Positions 42,689 to 52,040 of a stretch of 64,000 bases of DNA are shown one piece after another. A program made the position numbers and the translations under genes. The stretch lies in the IMG/VR virus record IMGVR_UViG_3300030102_007128. One strand, given 5' to 3'. This DNA comes from an uncultured virus (IMG/VR IMGVR_UViG_3300030102_007128) (taxonomy: Duplodnaviria; Heunggongvirae; Uroviricota; Caudoviricetes). The number at the start of each line of letters is the position of its first letter. The first letter of the stretch is position 1. The notes beneath the pieces were generated by a model that was given only the letters and a program-made list of their open reading frames with translations, did not search any database and had not been told where the DNA came from.

Positions 42689-44194
42689 ATGAATAAATTA
42701 TGGTTTAATCAGGCAGGAGATGTATCAAGAGGAGCGAATATGGTTCCTCCTATGAATGGTTCTTCTGGACAAACATTAGTAGATATACCTCTACATCAAG
42801 CCTGTAAATATATAACTTCACACGGTATATGTGATATATACAACGCACATATGGCCAACGGAGATGTTCAATCGGCTATGCAGGCAATAAGCACATTTGC
42901 TTATCAAGAAGGTATATCTTCTCGAGATGCTTATCCACTTATTTTACAATGTTGTGGAGATAATACGCCAGGAGAAATTCCTTGTGAAGATTTTTGGCCT
43001 TCTGTTCAACAACAGCAAGGATGGTGTCAAAAATGGGCACAGGCTCAAGCAAGTGGTAATCCATTACAAATTCAGGCAGAGATATCAAATTTAGCAACAG
43101 CGTTTAATATAACAAACGACCAAGCAGAAAGTGTTTTTGTGAGATGTTGTCCAGGAACAAGTGGAGATGAACCTTGTCCTCCAGCAGACCCTAACTCGCC
43201 TTATTATACATTAGATTATTTCTGCACTTCAGATTATTGTGTTGATGGTCAAGGTAATCCTTTACCAAACGCACATCCTGATTGTGTATGTTGTCCAGGA
43301 ACTAATACTTCGACAGGACCTTGCCCACCTTCAGACCCTAATTCACCTTACAATACAAACGCACCAGAATTTTGTCCAAATTGTGTTCCAGGAGGATACT
43401 ACTACGGACACCCTGATTGTGTATGTTGTCCAGGAAATAACGAAATAGATGTAACACCTTGGTGTGACCAATATGTTCAAGCAGTTGATAACGCAGATTT
43501 ATCTGTAATACAACAAATAATAACACAAGTTTCAAATACATTCAATATAACTTGGCAACAGGCCGCACAACTATTATATGATGTTTGTATATGTCCTAAT
43601 AGTTCTGATGTTTGTAAAGACCCTAATTGGCAACAACTACCTCCAGGAGGAATGCCAGGTGAACCAAACTATCCAGGAGGTAAAAACAACTATTGTGATA
43701 GATGTGGTCAAGGAACAGGTTCTTTCCCTGTAAGTTGGATAAACGGACAATGGCAATATGACCCACAGAATGGGATAGATTATTGTCAATGTTGTCCTTC
43801 AAGTCCTGAAGGACCTTGTGATGGTTTCGTAGATAATGGTTGTTGCAATAAATGTGATGCGGCTAATGGAGACCCTACGACTAACAATATGGGAGGTTTG
43901 CCTTTAATGGGACCTAATCATCCGTGTTCTCAATTCTGTAATCAGTATGGAAGCACTTGCTGTCCTACAAACACAAATCAAGGAGGAAACACAGGAACTT
44001 CAACTTCACCTGATATGCCAATGGCAAGACAGGCACAAATTGGAAGTCCTGATAACCCACTTGGTTTAGGAAGTTTATCTGACCAGAAGTTATATTTTAC
44101 AGGACCAAATAATACGAGAAGAGCAGGAGATTTCTTAACTGATGACCCTGGTGACACTCAAACATTTGCAGAATTTGAAGAAGATGTACCATAA
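42689..44194 (+). CDS. Highly Cys-rich repeat protein
   Basis: WFNQAG; three ~43-aa helical Cys-bounded repeats and two PCPP.DPNSPY...HPDCVCCPG repeats. Confidence 0.75.
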   Translation: MNKLWFNQAGDVSRGANMVPPMNGSSGQTLVDIPLHQACKYITSHGICDIYNAHMANGDVQSAMQAISTFAYQEGISSRDAYPLILQCCGDNTPGEIPCEDFWPSVQQQQGWCQKWAQAQASGNPLQIQAEISNLATAFNITNDQAESVFVRCCPGTSGDEPCPPADPNSPYYTLDYFCTSDYCVDGQGNPLPNAHPDCVCCPGTNTSTGPCPPSDPNSPYNTNAPEFCPNCVPGGYYYGHPDCVCCPGNNEIDVTPWCDQYVQAVDNADLSVIQQIITQVSNTFNITWQQAAQLLYDVCICPNSSDVCKDPNWQQLPPGGMPGEPNYPGGKNNYCDRCGQGTGSFPVSWINGQWQYDPQNGIDYCQCCPSSPEGPCDGFVDNGCCNKCDAANGDPTTNNMGGLPLMGPNHPCSQFCNQYGSTCCPTNTNQGGNTGTSTSPDMPMARQAQIGSPDNPLGLGSLSDQKLYFTGPNNTRRAGDFLTDDPGDTQTFAEFEEDVP

Positions 44195-44230
44195 AATAAA
44201 AAAATATTAATAAACAAAAAACAAAAAGTT

Positions 44231-44623
44231 ATGAGTTATAATTGTAGCACAATAAGAGCAGACGGTTCAAGTTGTTTTGGACAACTAAATGGTTGTAATA
44301 CTGAAAATGATTGTTATCCTTGCGATACAAATAATGATGGGGGTCCTTACAACGATTGTAATGGAATGGAGATAGTGTCTGACATAAAAAAAACAAGAGG
44401 AGTTCCTGGAATGGGTTCAACAAGTAGAGGGCCGAGAGGTCAAGAATTAGCATTTAGAAATTTTAGTGCAAGTAGAGGAACACAACCTTGGAGAAGATTT
44501 GACGGAGGTCGTTCTAATATGATGGACAAATCTGCTTCTCAATATGTAATGGGATTATTAGGTGTAGGTATTCTGTTCTTTGTAATAGGATATGGATATG
44601 AAGAAGGAAAAAAGGCAGCATAA
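44231..44623 (+). CDS. Cys-containing C-anchored protein (anchor paralogous to 34754)
   Basis: RFDGG...YVMG...LFFVIGYGYEEGKKAA. Confidence 0.7.
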   Translation: MSYNCSTIRADGSSCFGQLNGCNTENDCYPCDTNNDGGPYNDCNGMEIVSDIKKTRGVPGMGSTSRGPRGQELAFRNFSASRGTQPWRRFDGGRSNMMDKSASQYVMGLLGVGILFFVIGYGYEEGKKAA

Positions 44624-44647
44624 ATATTAACTAATAAAAAAAAAGAT

Positions 44648-45496
44648 ATGTATCATAATAACAGATATAGTAATTTTATACCAGCACCAAATTGTTTTGG
44701 TAATTGTCCTAATCCACAAGGAATATATTATTATCCGCCTCCAGGTGGAGGACCTTGTCCATCTTCACATCCAAACTCACAGCCGCCTAATTGCGCACAA
44801 CAACCTAATCTACCAGGTATAACATCAACATTTACAAATAATATGATGGCAGGATACAATCAGTTTGGTTGTAGTTTCTTATATAATAGACAGGGTGTTT
44901 TACAGAATAAATTAAATCAATTAGTGTCTGCTGGAACAAATCCTTTGTGGCAAAGAATGTTACAGAATAGAATTACTTATATGAGTAATATGATTATGAA
45001 TAATTGCACAGGAGGACCAACACCTCCACCACCAATGCCACCAAGACCATTACCTCCAAGTGGGCCACAAGCACCACAAGTGCCACAAGCACCAATGATG
45101 AACGCAATAGGAGATGATGAGTTTAATCCAAATCCTCCAATAACCACTACATCTGGAAAGATGGACCCTGGAGGAAATGTAATAGAAATCGGACCATATG
45201 GTTGGAAGAAAGATGAATTTAACCCTAATCCACCAATAACACCTACTTCGGGTAGAATAACAACTACTGGAGGAGGACAATGTTCTTCTGATAGTGATTG
45301 TGGAGGAGGGCGAAGATGTGTAAATGGTTATTGTCAAACAACTACAAGAAGTAGAAGAGTTCCTCCAGGAACATACTTACCAGGAATACCTGCGGTAGGA
45401 AGAAATTTACCAAAAAACTTTGAAGATATTGAAGATATGGGTAGACCAGAAAGATTTTCGGGTTATAGTGGTACCTGGATGAAGTCAGATTATTAA
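44648..45496 (+). CDS. Pro/Cys-rich modular protein
   Basis: Cys hairpin, DEFNPNPPIT x2 and a CSSDSDC....CVNGYC motif. Confidence 0.7.
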   Translation: MYHNNRYSNFIPAPNCFGNCPNPQGIYYYPPPGGGPCPSSHPNSQPPNCAQQPNLPGITSTFTNNMMAGYNQFGCSFLYNRQGVLQNKLNQLVSAGTNPLWQRMLQNRITYMSNMIMNNCTGGPTPPPPMPPRPLPPSGPQAPQVPQAPMMNAIGDDEFNPNPPITTTSGKMDPGGNVIEIGPYGWKKDEFNPNPPITPTSGRITTTGGGQCSSDSDCGGGRRCVNGYCQTTTRSRRVPPGTYLPGIPAVGRNLPKNFEDIEDMGRPERFSGYSGTWMKSDY

Positions 45497-45506
45497 AAAA
45501 AAAGAT

Positions 45507-46151
45507 ATGAAAAAAGACAAATATTCAAATTTTATGGGAGATGATGGTAATTACAAAATATACCCACCACTTCCAAATCCAGACGGATTGAGAGGCAATC
45601 CTGATACTTTTGATTGGGCTATGAACCAAGGAGGCGATGGTCTTAACGGAACTCGTCCTTATATGAATTTTGATGGAGATGATGAATATAGTAATCATCC
45701 TGGATTTTTAGATATATTCAAAAGAAAAGATACCAAGATGATTGACTTGCCTGATGGTCAAGGAGGAACTAATCAGTATAGTTGGGGAGATATTCAAGCA
45801 GACCCTAATTTAATGCAACTTTATGACGCTAATCAAAACCTTAAAAAAGAAAAAAGAAGTCAATGGTGGGGTAATTTTGGTAAGAATATGGGTAATGTGT
45901 TAAATCAGTTTTCAACTGCTTATCAAAACACACAAAATAAACCAGGAGGTATTACAGACCCAAATTTTAATCAACCTATACAGCCTATAAATACTAATAC
46001 ACCTCCACCTACTCAAGCAGGTGTAGGAACAACTCAAATAATTGGTTATGTATTAATTGGAGTAGCAGTAATAGGATTATTAATATACGCAACAAAAGGA
46101 GATAGTGGCAAAACAATAGTAGTTCAAACACCTACAAAGCCAACGGCGTAG
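45507..46151 (+). CDS. C-anchored membrane protein with several NxxG motifs
   Basis: YSNFMG, YMNFDG and YSNHPG; TQAG-TM. Confidence 0.7.
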   Translation: MKKDKYSNFMGDDGNYKIYPPLPNPDGLRGNPDTFDWAMNQGGDGLNGTRPYMNFDGDDEYSNHPGFLDIFKRKDTKMIDLPDGQGGTNQYSWGDIQADPNLMQLYDANQNLKKEKRSQWWGNFGKNMGNVLNQFSTAYQNTQNKPGGITDPNFNQPIQPINTNTPPPTQAGVGTTQIIGYVLIGVAVIGLLIYATKGDSGKTIVVQTPTKPTA

Positions 46152-46187
46152 ATGTTTTTACTATATTTAGTAGCAAAAGAAAAAAAA

Positions 46188-46715
46188 ATGTTAGATAGAA
46201 AAAATATAATAATAGGAGGTGTTGTAAGTTTAGTTGCTTTTATAGGTTATTACTTGTATAAACAATCAAAACTTATATCTTCATTATGTTATGATTTTTC
46301 ATCTACTGATTTTTTAGGAAGAGATGGAACAACTTCAAATTTAGCATTGAATTTTGAGTTTAATAACTATTCAGATATACCTATAACTATAACAGGTTAC
46401 GATATAAACGCCTTCATAGATGGTAGAATGGTAGGAAAACTTATAAACGAAGAAGAATTTGTAATACCTGCTAAAGGAAAAGCACAAGTAAGATTTGTGG
46501 CAGAAGCAGACACTCAAGTTGCACTTGGTCAGTTTTTAGGTTCTTTTTTAACTCAATTAATAGACCAAATACAAAGTGTCTTTACAATAAAAGGAAATGT
46601 AAGTGCAAAAATGGGTATAATTAAAGTAGATAATTACCCTATTGAATACACTTGGAATACGGATGAAATTATTTCAGATATAAAAACCTCTGAAAAATGT
46701 CCTCCAATAACATAA
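46188..46715 (+). CDS. N-anchored LEA_2/WHy-domain-like protein
   Basis: TM followed by LNFEFNNYSDIPITITGYDINAFIDG; ATG 46188 follows an A run. Confidence 0.6.
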   Translation: MLDRKNIIIGGVVSLVAFIGYYLYKQSKLISSLCYDFSSTDFLGRDGTTSNLALNFEFNNYSDIPITITGYDINAFIDGRMVGKLINEEEFVIPAKGKAQVRFVAEADTQVALGQFLGSFLTQLIDQIQSVFTIKGNVSAKMGIIKVDNYPIEYTWNTDEIISDIKTSEKCPPIT

Positions 46716-46721
46716 TTTTAT

Positions 46722-46729
46722 TATTTTTG
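46722..46729 (+). promoter_or_regulatory. TAnnTTTG -7 element
   Basis: TATTTTTG in the intergenic gap, 16 nt before ATG 46746. Confidence 0.45.
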
Positions 46730-46745
46730 AAAATAAAAAATACAA

Positions 46746-47186
46746 ATGAATAAAGTATTAAAAACACAGATAGTAGGTTCAGCAATAGACATTATGAGTA
46801 ATGCCTTGAAAAGATTATCGAAGGAAAATCAATGTGATGCTACTAATATTCAATTAGTAATAAAATTTGATGGTCAAAGAGTTTTATATTCTTATATGAA
46901 AGATTATGAAAAAATAAGTGATTTGACTTTTAATGAAATATTAGGCGTAAAGTTCGATTTCAAACAAAGAGAATTTTTAACTGCGCCTTTTTTACAGAAA
47001 TCTATTGTTAGATTGGCTGAAGAAAAAAATGTAGATGTAAACGAAATGTCATCTATAATTATGACAAAAGATAGTGATGCTAACAAAGTATATATGTTAG
47101 CGTATCACAATAACGAATTTTATAAACAAATTTCTTTTAATTGGCTATTCGATAGTCCAGAAGAAATATTAGGAGATATGATGTAA
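46746..47186 (+). CDS. Hypothetical protein
   Basis: 146-aa ORF. Confidence 0.7.
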   Translation: MNKVLKTQIVGSAIDIMSNALKRLSKENQCDATNIQLVIKFDGQRVLYSYMKDYEKISDLTFNEILGVKFDFKQREFLTAPFLQKSIVRLAEEKNVDVNEMSSIIMTKDSDANKVYMLAYHNNEFYKQISFNWLFDSPEEILGDMM

Positions 47187-47187
47187 T

Positions 47188-47475
47188 ATGGCAGGAACAC
47201 TAAAAGTATTTACGAGAACAATGGCAGCAACAGATGTTATTACGATATCAGGTAATCAGGGTTTTCAATTTGTTTCTATATTGTGTAAAACAGATAATTC
47301 TGGTTCTAATGGTATTACTATTAGAGGAACAAGTAGTGTTGGCACAACTGCTTCAAATGATATAGTATTAAAAGCAGATGAGGCAGTTACGATTTCTTGT
47401 CCTGACCCGTATTCAATAGATTCCTTAACAATAACAGCAGGTACCAGTAGTACCGCAATAGTAACAGCATCTTAA
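47188..47475 (+). CDS. Small all-beta protein (possible minor capsid/vertex protein)
   Basis: 95 aa, T/S/I/V-rich beta pattern. The role is inferred. Confidence 0.45.
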   Translation: MAGTLKVFTRTMAATDVITISGNQGFQFVSILCKTDNSGSNGITIRGTSSVGTTASNDIVLKADEAVTISCPDPYSIDSLTITAGTSSTAIVTAS

Positions 47476-47476
47476 T

Positions 47477-47734
47477 ATGGCAACACAAAAAGAAGATATA
47501 GTTTATATTAAAACAGAGTTAAAAAAACAAGGTGTCTTGTTAGAAAGATTGGCTAACGCAGTTTGTGGAGATGAAGAGTTTGGTCAAAAAGGACTAATAG
47601 AACAAGTTAATAGTCATAGTAGATATATCGAAACAGACAAGACATTTAAGAACAAAATTATAGGAGGAATTACTGCTATAACGACTGCTTGGGGTTTAAT
47701 TATAGGAGCAGTGTTAAAATTTTGGAACGATTAA
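47477..47734 (+). CDS. Small coiled-coil plus C-terminal TM protein (holin-like possible)
   Basis: Architecture only. Confidence 0.5.
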   Translation: MATQKEDIVYIKTELKKQGVLLERLANAVCGDEEFGQKGLIEQVNSHSRYIETDKTFKNKIIGGITAITTAWGLIIGAVLKFWND

Positions 47735-47762
47735 ATAAATTAAAAAAATTAAAATTAGTATT

Positions 47763-47924
47763 ATGAATTACAAAGAGAAAAAAAGAATGTATGACCACTA
47801 TACAGGATTAGGATGGTCATCAGAAGACATCCAAAAATGGGCGACTAAAGATTTAACAGGTTCAAAACCTGCTGAAGAAAAAGTTGAAAAAGTTGAAAAG
47901 AAAGATAAAAAATCAAGTAAGTAA
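47763..47924 (+). CDS. 53-aa hypothetical protein (not in ORF track)
   Basis: MNYKEKKRMYDHY...KKSSK fills the gap between neighbouring genes. Confidence 0.5.
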   Translation: MNYKEKKRMYDHYTGLGWSSEDIQKWATKDLTGSKPAEEKVEKVEKKDKKSSK

Positions 47925-47928
47925 ATAA

Positions 47929-48159
47929 ATGAATATATTTAAGAACAAGTATGTTATGATAGGACTCACTTTCGCAGGTGGCGTTTTATTATATACTGCA
48001 ATAAAAAAGTTCACAAGCAAGGATGAAATCACTACTTCAGGTCCAAAACCAGAAGATAACACGACAAGTCCTACCACACCTGTTTCGGGAACAGCAGATA
48101 CAATCTTAAATAATATTGATGAAAAACAAGCAGAAGATTTGAAAAACGAATTAAAATAA
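47929..48159 (+). CDS. Small N-anchored membrane protein
   Basis: N-terminal TM and T/P-rich stalk. Confidence 0.7.
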   Translation: MNIFKNKYVMIGLTFAGGVLLYTAIKKFTSKDEITTSGPKPEDNTTSPTTPVSGTADTILNNIDEKQAEDLKNELK

Positions 48160-48165
48160 TGTTTT

Positions 48166-48708
48166 ATGGACAACAATACCCTAAAGTGGTTAGTGGCTGG
48201 TGTGGCTGTTTACCTACTTTTTATTAGAAAAAAAGAAACTCCCCCATCCCCAACTACACCTGTTGTAGATGATATACCAGGATGTACCGACCCAACCGCA
48301 AATAATTATAGTGATGTAGCGACTATTGATGATGGTTCTTGTATTTATGACCCTGTAACACCACTTATAGTTTCAGGATGCACGGACCCTTTAGCGACTA
48401 ATTATGACCCTTTAGCAACTGATGATGATGGTAGTTGTAATTTACCTGTGGTTGAAGTTTTAGGTTGCACAAACGCTTTAGCAGATAATTATAATTCTTT
48501 AGCAAGTTCAGATGATGGCTCTTGTACCTTTACAGAAGTAGATTGTTATTCAGATTGTCCAAACCCAACAATAGTTCCTTCAGTAGAAACTATATGTCCG
48601 GCAACACACCCTAATTTAACAATGCCACAATGTGCCGCACCAATTATTGGATGCCAAGATACAATGGCGACAAATTATAATCCTAACGCAACTCAAGGTT
48701 GCTCTTAA
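48166..48708 (+). CDS. N-anchored protein with GCTDP...DDGSC repeats
   Basis: Three full and one partial GCT[DN]..A.NY...A..DDGSC repeats. Confidence 0.75.
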   Translation: MDNNTLKWLVAGVAVYLLFIRKKETPPSPTTPVVDDIPGCTDPTANNYSDVATIDDGSCIYDPVTPLIVSGCTDPLATNYDPLATDDDGSCNLPVVEVLGCTNALADNYNSLASSDDGSCTFTEVDCYSDCPNPTIVPSVETICPATHPNLTMPQCAAPIIGCQDTMATNYNPNATQGCS

Positions 48709-48720
48709 AAGTATATAGAT

Positions 48721-49668
48721 ATGAGTAGAAATAGATGGTATAACGATAGAATTGATGAGCCTTGGCATAATCAAGCAGGTCCAGGTGGAGGTATGGCTAT
48801 GCCTAATCAGAATATGGCACAACCAAATCAACAGCCAAATCAAACACCTGTTAATCCTAATCTAAATCCACAAAATTTAGTCGCAGGATTGGCTTCGACA
48901 AATCCTGGTTCACCTGCTGTATATACTCCAGAAGTTCCTTATCAACCAGCAGTACCTTATCAACCGGCAGTATATAGTCCTGAAATCCCTTATCAACCGG
49001 CAGTTCCAGAGGTTCCGTATCAGGCAGCAGTTCCAGAGGTTCCTTATCAGGCGGCAGTATATAGTGACCCTATACCGGAAGTTCCAGGATACAATCCAAA
49101 TACAAACCCACAAAATTTAGTTTCAGGACCTACTGGAGAAGGAACACAACCTGCTACGCCTTGTCCTTGTCAGTATCAAATGAATTGTTGGTCTCAAACT
49201 TGTCCTTCGACATTACAAACTTACGGAGGTTTGAGTGCACCTGTTTGTCCACCAAACACACAAGAAACAGAAACAAATTGTTATGTTCCTCCTGTACCTG
49301 AAGTTCCGGCACAATTAATTTCGGCAGAAGTCCCTTATCAACCGGCTATACCTGAAGTTCCTTATCAGGCTGCGATACCTGAAGTTCCTTATCAGGCACC
49401 ACAATTAATTTCAGCAGAAGTTCCTGCACAACCAGAAGTTCCTTATCAGGCACCACAATTATTTACTTCAGCGATACCGCCAACATATAATATGAATTGT
49501 TGGTCGCAGACCTGTCCTTCAACATTGAGTGAGTATGCTAATCTACCTTCACCGAGTTGTCCGGCTAACACACAAGTTACTGAAACAAATTGTAATTATA
49601 TTCCGGCTAATCAAAATCAGAATATGGCAGCATTTTCAGGAAATGGTCAATTTATGTTCGATTATTAA
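48721..49668 (+). CDS. Pro-rich repeat protein (PEVPYQ[PA]A units, duplicated MNCWSQTCPSTL domain)
   Basis: Translation; WHNQAG motif. Confidence 0.75.
   Translation: MSRNRWYNDRIDEPWHNQAGPGGGMAMPNQNMAQPNQQPNQTPVNPNLNPQNLVAGLASTNPGSPAVYTPEVPYQPAVPYQPAVYSPEIPYQPAVPEVPYQAAVPEVPYQAAVYSDPIPEVPGYNPNTNPQNLVSGPTGEGTQPATPCPCQYQMNCWSQTCPSTLQTYGGLSAPVCPPNTQETETNCYVPPVPEVPAQLISAEVPYQPAIPEVPYQAAIPEVPYQAPQLISAEVPAQPEVPYQAPQLFTSAIPPTYNMNCWSQTCPSTLSEYANLPSPSCPANTQVTETNCNYIPANQNQNMAAFSGNGQFMFDY
48928..49455 (+). repeat. Coding minisatellite-like repeats (GAAGTTCCTTATCAG-like units)
   Basis: Many imperfect copies encoding EVPYQ, in two clusters. Confidence 0.7.
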
Positions 49669-49679
49669 AAATTAAAAAA

Positions 49680-50042
49680 ATGAAAAAAAATAATATATAT
49701 ATAGGTATAGCATTAGTTCTCGCAGGATTTATTGTTTATCAAAACAGAAAAAAAATATTCGGTGCTGGGAAAACTACAAGTCCTGGTTCTATCGGAGGTC
49801 AAGTGAAAATTAGAAATGCCGCAAAATCTGGAGCAGGTAATTTTTACGCAATAAAAACTGCTGATAGAAAAAGTCAAAAAGACACTAAATTTGTTGTAGG
49901 AAGTGTAGGAATGATTAACGGAACGCAGAAATGCACTATATCAAAACTAAAAAAAGTTGATGGAAAGATTACAGCCTTTCAATGTGAAGAGATAGCACCA
50001 GGCTCTTACAATATTACTGATGGCTCAATCTTCTCATTTTAA
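49680..50042 (+). CDS. N-anchored protein, paralogue of 38593..38997
   Basis: Shared C-terminal domain. Confidence 0.7.
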   Translation: MKKNNIYIGIALVLAGFIVYQNRKKIFGAGKTTSPGSIGGQVKIRNAAKSGAGNFYAIKTADRKSQKDTKFVVGSVGMINGTQKCTISKLKKVDGKITAFQCEEIAPGSYNITDGSIFSF

Positions 50043-50056
50043 TAAAGATAAATAAG

Positions 50057-50661
50057 ATGAATAAAGGATTAAAAATAACACTTATAGCACTTGGGGTAAT
50101 AGGNNNNNNNNNNTAGGGACAGGTGTAGGCTTGTATTTTCTTTTAAGAAAGCCTAAAAACCCTAATATACCTAATACTCCTAACACTCCAAGTAGTCCTA
50201 ACACACCTACTACTCCTGTTAGTGAATTTCCGTTAAAAAGAGGAAGTAAAGGAGATAAAGTTAAAGAACTACAAAAGTTCTTAAACATAAAGTATAGTAG
50301 TGGTTTAGTAGTTGATGGTGACTTTGGTCCGAAAACACAAGGAGCCTTAAATACGGCTACAGGATTATCACAAGTATCAGAAAGTTGGTATCAAAACAAT
50401 GTGTTGAATGTGAATATTCCTACTATGGTAGATAGAGATAATGATGGTATTCCTGATACAATAGATATAGATGGAGGAGATGGTACAGGAGTAAGTTCAA
50501 ACGCAGTTGGAAATAATAATACAAATAGTTTATATAATCCAAATAACCCAAACACTTTATATCAACTTGACCCTATTGTTGCTGTTGCTGACAACACAGG
50601 AATTGGAACAGGATATGGTTATTTTGATGGAACTTGGTTTAATGAACAAAATGAATATTAA
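50057..50661 (+). CDS. N-anchored peptidoglycan-binding protein with DxDxDG Ca-binding motif
   Basis: FPLKRGSKGDKVKELQKFLN...LVVDGDFGPKTQGAL (PG_binding_1) and DRDNDGIPD. The start at 50057 lies upstream of the N gap at 50104-50113. Confidence 0.75.
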
Positions 50662-50678
50662 CAATAAATAATAATAAA

Positions 50679-50792
50679 ATGGCAAAAGGTAAAGATGTAA
50701 ATTTAATTGGATACGCAATAGGATTAGTTTCTGTTGGTGTATTATTTTATGTAATCGGCTACGGATATCAAAAAGGTAGAGATAAAGCATAA
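50679..50792 (+). CDS. 37-aa membrane peptide, stand-alone copy of the LF[FY]VIGYG anchor (not in ORF track)
   Basis: MAKGKDVNLIGYAIGLVSVGVLFYVIGYGYQKGRDKA. Confidence 0.65.
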   Translation: MAKGKDVNLIGYAIGLVSVGVLFYVIGYGYQKGRDKA

Positions 50793-50800
50793 GTAAAAAA

Positions 50801-51256
50801 ATGGGGATAGATACAGGATTTTCAAATAATGGTTTTGTTGATGACAGACAGGAAAGAGAGGTCTTTAACAAATTAGCACAAAAAACTGAAGAAATATCTA
50901 CTGATAATTTAGCCACAGATAGTGATATAGATGGCAAAATTGATGTAGATGAAGATTTACAGGTATATAATGCTGATATGAAAGAGATGAGTATGAACTC
51001 TGTCAAAAAAAGTAAAAAGCAAGGAAAAACTTTTCTACAAAGAAATAAAAGACAAATATTCGACGCTTTAATAATATTAGGAGTTGTATATATGGCTTAT
51101 TATTTGTTTTGGGATAAAGATGATGGTATGGAATTTGCTGATGGAGGAGATGTAGATTTCACTCCTGCTCCACAGAATCCACCGGCACCTGCTATGGCAC
51201 AAGCACCACCGCCACCAAGACCAGAAATGCCTGAACCAACATATAATGGAGAGTAA
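50801..51256 (+). CDS. Membrane protein with FADGG motif and Pro-rich tail
   Basis: Central TM followed by MEFADGG. Confidence 0.7.
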   Translation: MGIDTGFSNNGFVDDRQEREVFNKLAQKTEEISTDNLATDSDIDGKIDVDEDLQVYNADMKEMSMNSVKKSKKQGKTFLQRNKRQIFDALIILGVVYMAYYLFWDKDDGMEFADGGDVDFTPAPQNPPAPAMAQAPPPPRPEMPEPTYNGE

Positions 51257-51351
51257 TGAGTGAAGAAGAAAAAAAAGAGCCGAGAATAGTATTTTGGAGT
51301 ATTTTGGCAGTAGGATTGATTTATATGTATAATAATGTGTTTAAGAAATAA
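51256..51351 (+). CDS. 31-aa membrane peptide (not in ORF track)
   Basis: MSEEEKKEPRIVFWSILAVGLIYMYNNVFKK; TAATG overlap with the previous gene. Confidence 0.55.
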   Translation: MSEEEKKEPRIVFWSILAVGLIYMYNNVFKK

Positions 51352-51363
51352 AAAAATAAAATT

Positions 51364-52038
51364 ATGGGAATAACAATAAGACCAGCAGAAGGACCAGACA
51401 CCGTAAAACCTTATAAACCTTGGGGTGGAGTACCTTTTGTAAATCCAAATATGGTTCGACCTTCAGTAGGACAAACAAGATATTATAATATGGCAGCAGT
51501 AACAAATGGAGGAAATGTAATAGATGCTGAATTTTTTGTAGCAGGTGACAAAATTGTGCAAGATTTCCCAAATACTTGTGGTCCTTTTCCACAACTTGGA
51601 GGGTGTGGAGAGGCTATAACACCTTTTACTGGAACGATTACAGGAAATACAAGTGATATAGTAGATGAAGGAGGAGGTTTGTTAGGAGTTGAGTATGAGG
51701 TAAAGTGGGATAGGAAACCAGGAGATACTTCTATGACTACTTATGATGTTTTTACTTACGAAAACCCATCCAACTTTAGAAGAGTACCTTCAGAGTTACC
51801 ACCACCACTAACTACTACTCCTACAAGTCAAGCAGATTGTCGAGAAGGAGAAACTTTCGTAGAGGCTGTTTACCCACCTTGTGTCGTTGATGAAGAGTGT
51901 TTTCCTGTAACACCAGCATATTGTCAAGGACCTACGGGAGATATAACTCCAACAACAGCAGGAACAACAAGTAAATCAATATTACCGATACTTATAATCG
52001 GTGGTTTAATATATTATTTATATACAAAAGACAAATAA
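51364..52038 (+). CDS. C-anchored membrane protein
   Basis: TTAG-TM-KDK; Cys pairs. Confidence 0.7.
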   Translation: MGITIRPAEGPDTVKPYKPWGGVPFVNPNMVRPSVGQTRYYNMAAVTNGGNVIDAEFFVAGDKIVQDFPNTCGPFPQLGGCGEAITPFTGTITGNTSDIVDEGGGLLGVEYEVKWDRKPGDTSMTTYDVFTYENPSNFRRVPSELPPPLTTTPTSQADCREGETFVEAVYPPCVVDEECFPVTPAYCQGPTGDITPTTAGTTSKSILPILIIGGLIYYLYTKDK

Positions 52039-52040
52039 AT

